Shown here one piece after another: positions 31,331-40,233 of a DNA stretch of 64,000 bases (positions are counted from its first letter, which is position 1; every line of letters starts with the position of its first letter). Origin of the DNA: Alphaproteobacteria bacterium. GTDB taxonomy: Bacteria; Pseudomonadota; Alphaproteobacteria; GCA-2731375. The notes under the pieces are model-generated. The model did no database searches, was not told the origin of the DNA, and worked only from the letters and a program-made list of their open reading frames with translations. Position numbers and translations under genes: made by a program. The stretch spans positions 32,001-96,000 of the forward strand of contig CBDDBZ010000027.1 in assembly GCA_965225945.1 (NCBI GenBank), written 5' to 3'.

Positions 31331-32669
31331 ATAGCCACAGCGCGAAACAAAATCAGCCAAGCCCAAAAGCATCCCGTCAGCCAACCGCCACCGACCGCTC
31401 AAAAAGAGCACCATATAAGCGCACCCTGGAACCACCGCTAACAGCTGTCGAAGCGCACCAGGCAGGTCTTCGACACCGACGCCGGGACCGCGTGGAAGCC
31501 GTCGAACGGCCCGCGATAGCCGACCAGGGACGGACGCTCGTCCTCGAACACCTGCCAGACAGTCCTGTCCTTGAACACCGGGTGGGGATGACGCCGGGCG
31601 TAGGCGACGCACTGGTCCAAGAGCCAGGCGTTGAGCTCGTCGTAGGTCTTGAAGCGCAGCCGCGGGGTGAAGAACCGACCGCGGATGATCCCGACCTGGT
31701 TCTCGACCTGCCCCTTCTCCCATCCCGCTCCCGGCGTGCATGCTGTCGGTTCGACCAGGTAGTGGCCACACATCTGCACGAAGCGCCGGTTGAACGCGCG
31801 CTCCTTGCCGATGAGGACGGTCTGCACCGCCGTCTTCATGTTGTCGTAGATGCCTCGCCGGCAGGCACCCTGGAACAGCCGGAATGCCCGGTCGTGGGCG
31901 TCGAACACCATCTCCTGGCTCTCGCGCGGATAAGCGCGGACGAAGAACATTCGGCTGTGGCACAGCCGGACGTGCGCGACCTTGACCTTGGTCGTCACCC
32001 CCGCCAGCACCACGTACTCGTGGCTCCAGTCGAACTGATAGGCCTCGCCCGGCGAGAACACCAACGGCACATAGGTCTGCGCCGTCGATGCCGAGCGGCG
32101 CCACCGCCACGCCTTGGCGTAGCGCCGCACCGCGTCGTAGCCGCCGCCATAGCCCAGACCCTCGAGGGCTTCGGAGATCCGTAGCAGCGTCAGCCGCTCC
32201 CGCTTCGACTTGGTCTCGTTGGCCTCCAGCATCCGCTCCAGCTCGGCCGTCCACGGCCCCAGCTTCGGCATCGGCTGGACCCGCCGGTCGTAGGTGAACG
32301 CCGTCGCCTGCGAACGGATCACCTTGCGCACCGTGTTGCCCGAGACCTTCACGTCCCGCACGATCTCCTTGATCGGCTTCCCCTTGACGAAATACTCCCG
32401 CCGGATCCGCGCTATCGTCTCCACGACCAACATCCCCCACCACCTCGTCCGCCCAAAAACGAGGTGACTTGGACTAGCCAGGCTCAGGGGGTCAAATTTG
32501 GACGCCGATCACCCCTCAACAGGGGTCAACTTTGCACGCCGTTCCACAGGGGGCAATCCGGCATCCGGATCAACAGGCAATGGAGACTATGTTTCGAATG
32601 GCCAGACGACGCGCGGGGGCCCTCCCAGGTCGAGATAACGGATACCCATTGAAGGAAAGGACGAAGACA

Positions 32670-33002
32670 ATGTTGAAACGTGCCGTCCATCCGGGCGAAA
32701 TCTTGAAAGACGAGCTGGCCGAAATCGGGGTGTCACCCACGGAGCTGGCCCGACAAATCGGCGTGCCCGCGAACCGCATGAGCCAGATCATCAACGCCAA
32801 GCGCTCGATCACGGGCGACACGGCGCTCAGACTGGCCCACTGGTTCGAGATCGATCCCGAGTTCTGGATGAACCTACAGGCTCGCTTCGATCTTGTCGCG
32901 GCCGACAGAGCGGCGGGAGATGCGATCAAGTTATTGCCGACCTCTCGGGCCCGCCGGGAAGGCCTCGATGTCCCCGACGCGGTCCGGGCCGCGACCCTAT
33001 GA
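32670..33002 (+). CDS. higA: HigA family antitoxin
   Basis: HPGEIL, HTH, RSITGDTALRL, PEFWMNLQ. Confidence 0.93.
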   Translation: MLKRAVHPGEILKDELAEIGVSPTELARQIGVPANRMSQIINAKRSITGDTALRLAHWFEIDPEFWMNLQARFDLVAADRAAGDAIKLLPTSRARREGLDVPDAVRAATL

Positions 33003-33086
33003 GCGAGATCACCCTTCCCCCTCGGGCCAGGAAAAGGGGTCAGAAAAGGGGTCATTCTGCTTTTTGGTCCGTTCCGCTGAATAAAG

Positions 33087-34669
33087 GTAACTGCCCAGGT
33101 ACATGGTGGCCTTTTAGGCGGCGTGGAGACGCTCGATCAGGGTTTCGGGATTTTCCATGAGCGCCTGGATGATGTTCCAGCCCTGTTTTCTGGCGGTCGA
33201 GATGAAGCCGCGGACGGTGGCAAAGTCTTCGGCGCCTTTCTGGCTACGGAAGCCGCCGGAGATTTTCTGCTTGACCTTCATCATGCGCCCGTCCTGCTCG
33301 GCCTGATTGTTGGTGAACGGCACGGCGAAATTGATGAGGAAGCGCAGCGCGTCTTCCTTGTGTGTCTGAAGGCGCCGGAGAAGGTTGTGCCCGGTGCGGC
33401 GCGGCTTGCTTCCCCGGCGCTTGGCCTTGCTCGATCTGGGCGCAAGAGGAGGTTGTGCCTCGTGAAAGGCGATGCCCTCGGCCGTGATCGCGTCGTAACA
33501 CCCTCGGAAGCGCTCGACGAGGCCTGGTTTCAGCGCCACGCCCCGCTCCCGGGCGAGATTTACCGCGTGGCAGGCGCGGCGCAATAGTCTCTGCATCTTG
33601 CGTGCCCAGCCCTCCTTCTCGATCTCGATCAGGGCTTGCAACTCGCGCAGGTGATGGGCGTTGCACAGCGCGTGCCGTACGCCCTCCATCGTAAAGTACG
33701 GCTTCCAGTGGTCATGGACGACGATGCCGCCGACTCCGCCGAGCAGGCTGCCGCGTCGCTCCGAGACCCGATAGAAGGTCAACCGCGCGGTCGAGGCGAC
33801 GTGCAACCATTGGGTCCGCCCGGCGATCCGCAAGCCGGTCTCGTCCATGTGCTTGACCGGCGCCGATTTCACCAGTTCGCGGATCACATCGACGACGCCT
33901 TGGACGGACTCGGCGCTGTTCCCGCCCCTCCGCGCGAGGCTCGCCGGAGACAGTTCCGCCCCGAACAGATCCTTCATCAATTCAGCCAGGCGGTCCTCGG
34001 GCAGGAGTTGGTAGTGCGACAGGTAGACCACCATGGCTCCGATCCGAGCGCCGTATTGAACCGGGCCGGTGATGGCGACGGGAAAAGAAGCCCGAGTGTA
34101 CGTGCCGCAATGCCCGCAACGGCAGCGATGCGCCCGATGCTCCGTGACCACCAGGGGCCGGGGCTCGGGTAGATCGAAAACCTGGCGGGCCCCATGGCCG
34201 GTAGCCATATCCGGCGTCAATCCCGAACCACACCACTGGCACGTCTCGGGATAATGGTCGACGGTGGCGTCGGGATCGGCGACTTGGCGCAGGGTCTCGC
34301 CCTTGTGGCCCTTTTGCCCGCCCGGCTTGCGGGCCGATTTCTTACGGAGGCTCCTGGTGCGCTTCTTTTTACCCGCCGGTGGCTTGTTCAATCCATCGCT
34401 CGACGGTGGCTTGCCGCTGTTCGTGCTGTTCAGGCCAAGCCGGCGCTCGAGTTCACCAAGCCGGAGTTCGAACTCGGCGAGCCGCGACCCTTGGGCCAGC
34501 ACCACATCGATCAGCTCGTCTTTCGACAAAAAGGCAAGAACATCCCTATCCATCGAATCCTTAGAATCCTGTCAAACGAAATCTAGGCCGTCAGCGCCCC
34601 AAACCCACAAAATCTGCCCCCAGAGACCCAATCCGCAGCCTCATCGAAATCAGCTACCTGGGCAGTTAC
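33087..34669 (-). mobile_element. IS66 family element, copy 2 (near-identical to copy 1)
   Basis: same TIRs; TSD GAATAAAG at 33079-33086 and 34670-34677; about 13-bp deletion upstream of the transposase. Confidence 0.95.
33114..34553 (-). CDS. IS66 family transposase
   Basis: nearly identical to 12516-13955 (KQGWN versus KQGRN). Confidence 0.95.
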   Translation of the reverse strand: MDRDVLAFLSKDELIDVVLAQGSRLAEFELRLGELERRLGLNSTNSGKPPSSDGLNKPPAGKKKRTRSLRKKSARKPGGQKGHKGETLRQVADPDATVDHYPETCQWCGSGLTPDMATGHGARQVFDLPEPRPLVVTEHRAHRCRCGHCGTYTRASFPVAITGPVQYGARIGAMVVYLSHYQLLPEDRLAELMKDLFGAELSPASLARRGGNSAESVQGVVDVIRELVKSAPVKHMDETGLRIAGRTQWLHVASTARLTFYRVSERRGSLLGGVGGIVVHDHWKPYFTMEGVRHALCNAHHLRELQALIEIEKEGWARKMQRLLRRACHAVNLARERGVALKPGLVERFRGCYDAITAEGIAFHEAQPPLAPRSSKAKRRGSKPRRTGHNLLRRLQTHKEDALRFLINFAVPFTNNQAEQDGRMMKVKQKISGGFRSQKGAEDFATVRGFISTARKQGWNIIQALMENPETLIERLHAA

Positions 34670-34680
34670 GAATAAAGGTA

Positions 34681-35029
34681 GGCTCAATTCGTGAATTGTA
34701 TGCGTCACCTTGTTACGACGGCGGCGAGGCAGGCTCGGTCATTGGCGCCGGGGGCGAGGCCGACGAGGTGGAACCAGCTCAGGTAGTTGTCCATAGCGGG
34801 TGGCGATGCCGCGGCGGGGACGCAGGAACCCAACCGGCTGTGGCGGCTGTTCACCGTCTGCACATGCAGATCGCCCCGAACCCGAAAGTGCTTCGTGGCT
34901 CACCCCGAGCGCGGCGGCGCACTAGGCCGTCAGCGCCCCAAACCCACAAAATCTGCCCCCAGAGACCCAATCCGCAGCCTCATCGAAATCAGCTACCTGG
35001 GCAGTTACGACGTCGCGCCGAGGCCTTCA
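34681..35029 (-). mobile_element. degenerate IS1595-like remnant containing an IS66 end fragment (34922-35008)
   Basis: GGCTCAATTCGTGAA end; minus-strand MQTVNSRHSRL and GIATRY fragments; flanked by TAAAGGTA direct repeats. Confidence 0.55.
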
Positions 35030-35183
35030 TAAAGGTAACTACCCAGGTACCCCGCTCCTGACCGCGAGAGGATGATGTAGGTGGTCGCCGGGGCCGGGTT
35101 TCCGCCGCCGCGTCGTTGATCGTCTCTTGACTCCATAGAATCGGGCGTCTATGGGTTGCGCTCTCGTGTGACGGGAGCGGCGC

Positions 35184-35849
35184 GTGGAATATTTTGGGTC
35201 GAAGGCGACGAGCGGTCTGTGCCAGGCGCTGATTGCGCTGATGCCGCCGCACAGCGTTTACATCGAGAGCCACCTGGGGGGCGGTGCGCTGATGAAGCGC
35301 AAGCCAACGGGCGTGCGCTCGATCGGCATCGACCGCGATGCGCAGGCGCTCGAGGCCTTTGCCTGTGACTACCCGGTCGAGTTGGTGCATGGCTGTGCCC
35401 ATGCCTTTTTGGCCTCGTTCCCGTTTCTGGGCCCGGAGCTGGTCTACAGCGATCCCCCCTATCTGCACGCGACCCGCCGTTCGGCACGGCGCTATCGCTT
35501 CGACTACGAGGAGGTCGACCATGTCGCGCTCCTGGACCTGCTCAAGGATCTGCCCTGCCAGGTGATGGTCTCGGGCCATCCCTCGGCGCTCTATGACGAG
35601 ATGCTGGCGGGCTGGCGCAGTCTGGCGCTGCAGGTGACGACCCAGGCCCAGGTGCGGACCGAGGTCGTGTGGTTCAACTTCGCGCCCGACCGGGTGCATT
35701 GGGCGAGCTACGCAGGCCGGAACTTCACCGACCGCCAGCGCATCAAGCGTAAGGCGGCCAACTGGGGCCGGCGTTACAAGGCCTTGCCGGCGGGCGAACG
35801 CCTCGCGGTGCTGGCCGCCATGATGGCCGTCGATGCCGAGGACCCGTGA
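35184..35849 (+). CDS. Dam-like (D12 class) N6-adenine DNA methyltransferase
   Basis: YFGSK, YIESHLGGG (motif I variant), DPPY (motif IV), RTEVVWFNF. Confidence 0.85.
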   Translation: MEYFGSKATSGLCQALIALMPPHSVYIESHLGGGALMKRKPTGVRSIGIDRDAQALEAFACDYPVELVHGCAHAFLASFPFLGPELVYSDPPYLHATRRSARRYRFDYEEVDHVALLDLLKDLPCQVMVSGHPSALYDEMLAGWRSLALQVTTQAQVRTEVVWFNFAPDRVHWASYAGRNFTDRQRIKRKAANWGRRYKALPAGERLAVLAAMMAVDAEDP

Positions 35850-37384
35850 CGCTGTCGCGCTGGCACGAGGACCTCGCCGCCCATGACGAGGCCTTCGCGT
35901 GCCTGCAAGATCTTCTTGACCCCTCATCCTTCGCAATCACAGTCGTCAAGGCCTTCCGGGAATGGGGCCAGGGGCTGTTGCGCCTGGCCACGGCGCTCGT
36001 CCGGGAGAATGCCGCGCTCGAGCGGGAGAACGCGACCCTGCGGGACCGCATCGCCGAGCTCGAGCGGAGCGCGGCGCTTGACAGCACCACCAGCAGCAAG
36101 CCGCCCGCCAGCGACGGCCTGCGCAAGAAGAGCGGAACCCAGAGGCGCACCCGAAGCCAGCGCGGCAAGTCCGGCAGGCCAAGCGGCGGCCAGCCGGGCC
36201 ACAAGGGAACGACGCTGGCGCGGACCGAGAGCCCGGACCATGTTGTGGATCATGACCCCTCCGCCTGTTCGGGCTGCGGCGCACCGCTGTCGGACGCCGA
36301 CCGTCACCGCGCGCCCGTCTGTCGACAGGTCTTCGATGTGCCCGAGCCACGCCCCCTGGAGGTCACCGAACACCGCGCCCATCGCTGCCTCTGCGGCGCC
36401 TGCGCCACCGTGACAGGAGCCGTCTTCCCGGACGGCGTGACCGCCCCGGTCCAGTACGGGCCACGCATCACCGCCTGGGTGAGCTACCTGCTGTACGCCC
36501 AGTTCGTTCCCGAGAAGCGCTTGGCCGAACTCATGAGCGACCTCTTCGCAGTGTCCATCTCCACAGCCACGATCACCGCCATGGGCCGGCGAATCGCCAG
36601 GCGCTTCGAGCCCTTCCTCGCCCATGTCGCAGACGTGATCCGCACAGCGGTCCCGGTCAAGCACCTCGACGAAACCGGCCTGCGGATCGCCGCCCGTACC
36701 CGCTGGCTCCACGTGCTGTGCACCCCATTCCTGACCGTCCTGCGCATCGGCGCGGGACGCGGCGATGTCGAAAAGGACCTCGAAGGCATCCTCATCCATG
36801 ACGATTACGCCGCCTACTTCACCCTCAAGGGCGTGCGCCACGGCGCCTGCAACGCCCATCACCTGCGCGAACTCCAGGCCCTGATCGACATCGAGAAGGA
36901 AGACTGGGCAAAGAGCATGCACCGCCTCCTTGAGCGCGCACACAGGGCTACCCGCTTCTCCCGTGAGAACGGCCGCGACGTGCCCGCCTCCCTGGTGGCC
37001 CGGATCTCGCGGGCCTGGGCCCGCATCCTCGACCACGCCATCGCCTTCCACGAGGCGCAGCCGCCGCTCCGGACCGGCAAGCGCGGACGAAAGAAACGCC
37101 GCATCGGTCATAACCTCGCGCTCCGCCTCCGCAAGCACAAGGAGGGATGCCTGCGATTCCTCACCGACCCGCGCACGCCGTTTACGAACAATGAGGCCGA
37201 ACGTGACCTCCGAATGGCCAAGCTGCGCCAGAAGATCTCCGGTGGCTTCCGCTCCGAGAGGGGTGCCTACAACTTCGCCAGAATGCGTGCCGTCATCGCC
37301 ACCGCCCGAAAGCAAGGCTGGAACGTCCTCCAGACCCTGGTGCATCCCGATCCGATGCAACTAATCCCCCAACTGCGCCTCTGA
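35846..37384 (+). CDS. IS66 family transposase
   Basis: SSKPPASD, HLDETG, CNAHHLREL, FTNNEAERDLR; GTGA overlap with the methylase. Confidence 0.95.
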   Translation: MTLSRWHEDLAAHDEAFACLQDLLDPSSFAITVVKAFREWGQGLLRLATALVRENAALERENATLRDRIAELERSAALDSTTSSKPPASDGLRKKSGTQRRTRSQRGKSGRPSGGQPGHKGTTLARTESPDHVVDHDPSACSGCGAPLSDADRHRAPVCRQVFDVPEPRPLEVTEHRAHRCLCGACATVTGAVFPDGVTAPVQYGPRITAWVSYLLYAQFVPEKRLAELMSDLFAVSISTATITAMGRRIARRFEPFLAHVADVIRTAVPVKHLDETGLRIAARTRWLHVLCTPFLTVLRIGAGRGDVEKDLEGILIHDDYAAYFTLKGVRHGACNAHHLRELQALIDIEKEDWAKSMHRLLERAHRATRFSRENGRDVPASLVARISRAWARILDHAIAFHEAQPPLRTGKRGRKKRRIGHNLALRLRKHKEGCLRFLTDPRTPFTNNEAERDLRMAKLRQKISGGFRSERGAYNFARMRAVIATARKQGWNVLQTLVHPDPMQLIPQLRL

Positions 37385-37511
37385 GAACACCGGCACCGCT
37401 ACCAGCCCGGACCCCCACGATCCCTCACATACAAACGCTCGGGCCAATCAGACCTGGGTAGTTACGAATAAAGTACAATGACGCCTTTTTCTATTCTTCG
37501 GAGACTTGGCC

Positions 37512-38275
37512 ATGACGGCCCCATTCTATAGCCCCAACCGTCGAGTCGCACGCGCAAAGAAAGACTTGGCCAAACTCGACAGGCGTATAAGGAATTTCTT
37601 CAAGAAACAGCCATACTCCCGTGTCGTTGAGCCTGACCCTGAGAGCGCTCACCAACTCCACAAGATCAAGTTGACCAAGCCCCTGCCCGAAGGGTTCACA
37701 GACCTCACCAATGACATCATCGAAGGCCTTAGATCGGCACTCGACCAAGCCACCTACTCGGTGGCTGTCGCGTGCAGTGCGACCCAACTTGACCGCGTCC
37801 ATTTTTCCATCTTCGACACTTCCGCTGATTTTGAGAACGCTCTCAGCGGAAATTGCAAAGATCTCCCTGCGGACATCCTCGCGCTCCTTCGCGCGTTCCA
37901 ACCGTACAAGAGTGGGAACGACATAATTTAGGCACTCAACCGGATTCGCCGACAGAGCTTCCATCGGCTGCTGGTGCCCGTTGGCAAAGGCTCCGGCCAT
38001 GTGGACATACACCGTATGACAATAAGCGCTACCGGCGAAGAGCAAATTCCTGCTCTCCAGTGGGACGGCGAAAAAATGAGATCATATTTCTTCGCGCCAA
38101 CACCGATACGAAAGTTGACTACAATATCCAATTCACCTTCACCATAGCATTTGGCGAAGTCGAAGGAGTTTCGGGCGAACCAATCTTGGGATTTCTCAAC
38201 GCTGCGTCTAGCGAAGTCGAGCGCATCGTCTTGGCTATCGAAGCGGAGGCGCACCGTATCGGTTTGATCCGCTAA
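37512..38275 (+). pseudogene. low-GC hypothetical protein with TAG stop and frameshift
   Basis: frame continues past TAG 37929-37931 and shifts at an A-run near 38070. Confidence 0.6.
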
Positions 38276-38472
38276 ATCCTGAACGCCAATCTGTCGGGCC
38301 ACTTATATCACACTGCTTTGTCAAGGTGAACATCGCCGAAATTCGGTCCCCCGAAATCCTGGGTTTAGAATCGAAATCTCAGACCCGCACTCAAACATTC
38401 TGATCGTATTTGAAGACGGCAAAGTTTGAATCGGCGTCGACATAGTCGTAACGCACGAACAGGGGAAAAGGG

Positions 38473-38559
38473 AAAAGGGGTCATTCTGCTTTTTGGCCCG
38501 TTCCGCCGAATAAAGTACAATGACCCCTTTTAGTTAGGTAAAGTACAATGACCCCTTTT
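38473..38559 (+). repeat. 59-bp palindromic repeat copy B plus extra right arm
   Basis: AAAAGGGGTCATTCTGCTTTTTGGCCCGTTCCGCCGAATAAAGTACAATGACCCCTTTT then TAAAGTACAATGACCCCTTTT. Confidence 0.92.
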
Positions 38560-38580
38560 AGGCAGTTGAGCAAGGTTGAG

Positions 38581-38868
38581 GGGTCAGGTCTTGCATCTTG
38601 CATTGGCCTGTCGTGGCTGGCGCGGCGTTCCGCGGCGGCCTCCGCGAGGTGGCGCCGAGTTCGGAAGTGCCGCTGACGGGCGCCGCGCCCGATACTCTCG
38701 ACGCCGCGCGCGAGCGCGATCGCGCGGAATGGTTGGCGCGGGCCTATCGCGACCAAGGCTGCACCATGCGCTGGATTGCCGACGCGGCGGGCCTGGACTA
38801 TTCCTCCGGCAACAGGATCATCAAGGCATGGGAAGCACGAGCCAATGCAAGATGCAAGATTTGATCCC
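38581..38868 (+). mobile_element. remnant of a REP-associated tyrosine transposase-like gene between inverted REP-like ends
   Basis: GGGTCAGGTCTTGCATCTTGCATTGGC / GCCAATGCAAGATGCAAGATTTGATCCC; HTH fragment ARAYRDQGCTMRWIADAAGLDYSSGNRII..ARCKI. Confidence 0.6.
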
Positions 38869-38974
38869 AGGCCCGCATTTTGACTCCGCCGTTGACAGTG
38901 GTGTTGGAATCGCAGCGGGTGGACATCCTGCTGGTCTATCCGCTGTAGCCCCCGCACCACGAGGAAGCCTCGCC

Positions 38975-39433
38975 ATGCCCGAGCTGAAATCCGTGTTCCT
39001 GCTGTCGATCAAGGTCGGCGTCGACCGGTTGCACGACATCGGCCAGGTGCCGCTGGGCGGGCGGCACATCGACATGCTGGGCGCCGGCAGCTTCGAGGGC
39101 CCCCGGCTCAGGGGCACGGTGCTGGCCGGCGGCATGGACCAGAAGACCTTCCGCGCCGACGGTGCGATGACCCCGAACGTTCGGATCATCCTCGAGACCG
39201 ACGACGGCGCGCTGATCTACGTCCACTACACCGGCATCCGTTATGGCACGCCTGAGGTGATGGCGCGGATCGCCGCCGGCGAGGTGGTCGATGCGTCCGA
39301 ATACTATCTCCGCAACACGCCCTATTTCGAGACCGCATCGGCGACCTACGACTGGCTGAACCGCATCGTCGCGGTCGGCGTCGGCCGCCGCATGCCCGAT
39401 CACGCGATCTACGACGTCTTCCAAATCCTCTAG
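38975..39433 (+). CDS. DUF3237 domain protein
   Basis: FEGPRLRGTVLAGG, LETDDGALIYV, YYLRNTPYFET, YDWLN. Confidence 0.9.
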   Translation: MPELKSVFLLSIKVGVDRLHDIGQVPLGGRHIDMLGAGSFEGPRLRGTVLAGGMDQKTFRADGAMTPNVRIILETDDGALIYVHYTGIRYGTPEVMARIAAGEVVDASEYYLRNTPYFETASATYDWLNRIVAVGVGRRMPDHAIYDVFQIL

Positions 39434-39696
39434 CGCCCGGCGGGCCAGCGCGCCTCCGCGCTATCGCATGTCCAGTTCGATCGCATCGACGCAGCAAAGC
39501 CGGCGCCCATTGCCACCTCGCAGAGGACCGCCTTCGAGCTGCTGAAGTGCAGACCGACGACGTCGAACTCGTGCTGGTCCGTCGGCAGCCGCACGTTGTA
39601 GTCGACGACGTCACAGGCCAGCACCTCCTTCAGGTACGCGCCCGCGACCAGCTCGCCCAGTTCCAATGCCATCGCTTCCATTTCCCGTGAAATCAT
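39430..39696 (-). pseudogene. truncated PD-(D/E)XK nuclease-like fragment
   Basis: GELVAGAYL..DVVDYNVR..EFDVVGL..LCEV then abrupt divergence. Confidence 0.45.
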
Positions 39697-39736
39697 CCGT
39701 CGACGATCCTAGCAGCGCCAAGTACGGTGACGCACC

Positions 39737-39937
39737 ATGATGGACTATCACGCTTTCTGGCAGGCCCTGGTCGTCACCTTTGGCATCGTTCCGCTAGTCG
39801 TCGGTGCCGGCCTCGGCGCCATCTGGGGCTGGCACGACGGGCGGCGGGGAACCGGGCTGATCCTCCCGACGGCCATCGGCGGCGCGGCGCTCGGTCTTGG
39901 CGTCTTTGCCGGTGCGATCCTGTTCCTGCGGGCGTAG
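39737..39937 (+). CDS. small two-TM membrane protein
   Basis: two Gly-rich hydrophobic helices. Confidence 0.6.
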   Translation: MMDYHAFWQALVVTFGIVPLVVGAGLGAIWGWHDGRRGTGLILPTAIGGAALGLGVFAGAILFLRA

Positions 39938-40056
39938 AATTTCGCCGGTCAGCCTTGTCGCGGTACCGGCCGCGCCTGGTACGTCGGCTATCGGGGGTAG
40001 ACTCCCCGTCAGCCTGAGCGCCCGGTCACGCCCGAGGCTAGCCAGTCGGGAAAAGG

Positions 40057-40115
40057 AAAAGGGGTCATTCTGCTTTTTGGTCTGTTCCGCCGAATAAAGT
40101 ACAATGACCCCTTTT
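40057..40115 (+). repeat. 59-bp palindromic repeat copy C
   Basis: AAAAGGGGTCATTCTGCTTTTTGGTCTGTTCCGCCGAATAAAGTACAATGACCCCTTTT. Confidence 0.92.
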
Positions 40116-40233
40116 TAAGGAAGTCCGCTCGCTGCTCGGCTGAGGCGGCCGATCGGGCCATGGGCCGGACGACCGACGGGCGGGGTCGCCCCCACCCGCC
40201 CGTCTACGCACGAAGAGTTGACGCGTCGGCCGC

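Larger units (their letters stand above)
26997..31443 (+). mobile_element. IS21 family element B with accessory genes
   Basis: TGTCGGTGG...CCGCTAACA ends, subterminal GCGCTTAGATGGTG / CACCATATAAGCGC inverted motif; 6-bp TSD GCTGTC at 26991-26996 and 31444-31449. Confidence 0.9.
26469..32433 (-). pseudogene. istA: IS21 transposase IstA split at ...VRFDS/NKYSV...
   Basis: N-part 31444-32433 (QFDW, YDNMKT, WEKGQVE) and C-part 26469-26996 rejoin in frame across the GCTGTC TSD. Confidence 0.9.
25128..32548 (-). mobile_element. IS21 family element A (istA interrupted by IS21 element B)
   Basis: TG...CA ends with reiterated TTGACCCC motifs; istA/istB; imperfect GGGGG flanks. Confidence 0.85.
24722..32652 (+). 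pseudogene. higB: HigB/RelE toxin split by nested insertions
   Basis: MIIDYRDK..EAFAAGEFVKAFQGFEQ, RAERRLAVLDA, LRGNRFEA and GQSGIRINRQWRLCFEW..VEITDTH fragments in order, upstream of higA. Confidence 0.85.
35035..37465 (+). mobile_element. IS66 family element carrying a DNA methyltransferase
   Basis: TIR GTAACTACCCAGGT / ACCTGGGTAGTTAC; followed by GAATAAAG target. Confidence 0.92.
33044..37490 (+). repeat. 59-bp palindromic repeat copy A, split by IS66 insertions
   Basis: left part 33044-33086 and right part 37466-37490 reconstitute the repeat. Confidence 0.85.

Noticed and set aside
33044-40115. 59-bp repeats as integron attC sites or a CRISPR array
   Set aside because: No intI or cas gene and no consistent RYYYAAC/GTTRRRY cores (one GTTAGGT near 38533 only). 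Spacing is kilobase-scale and irregular.
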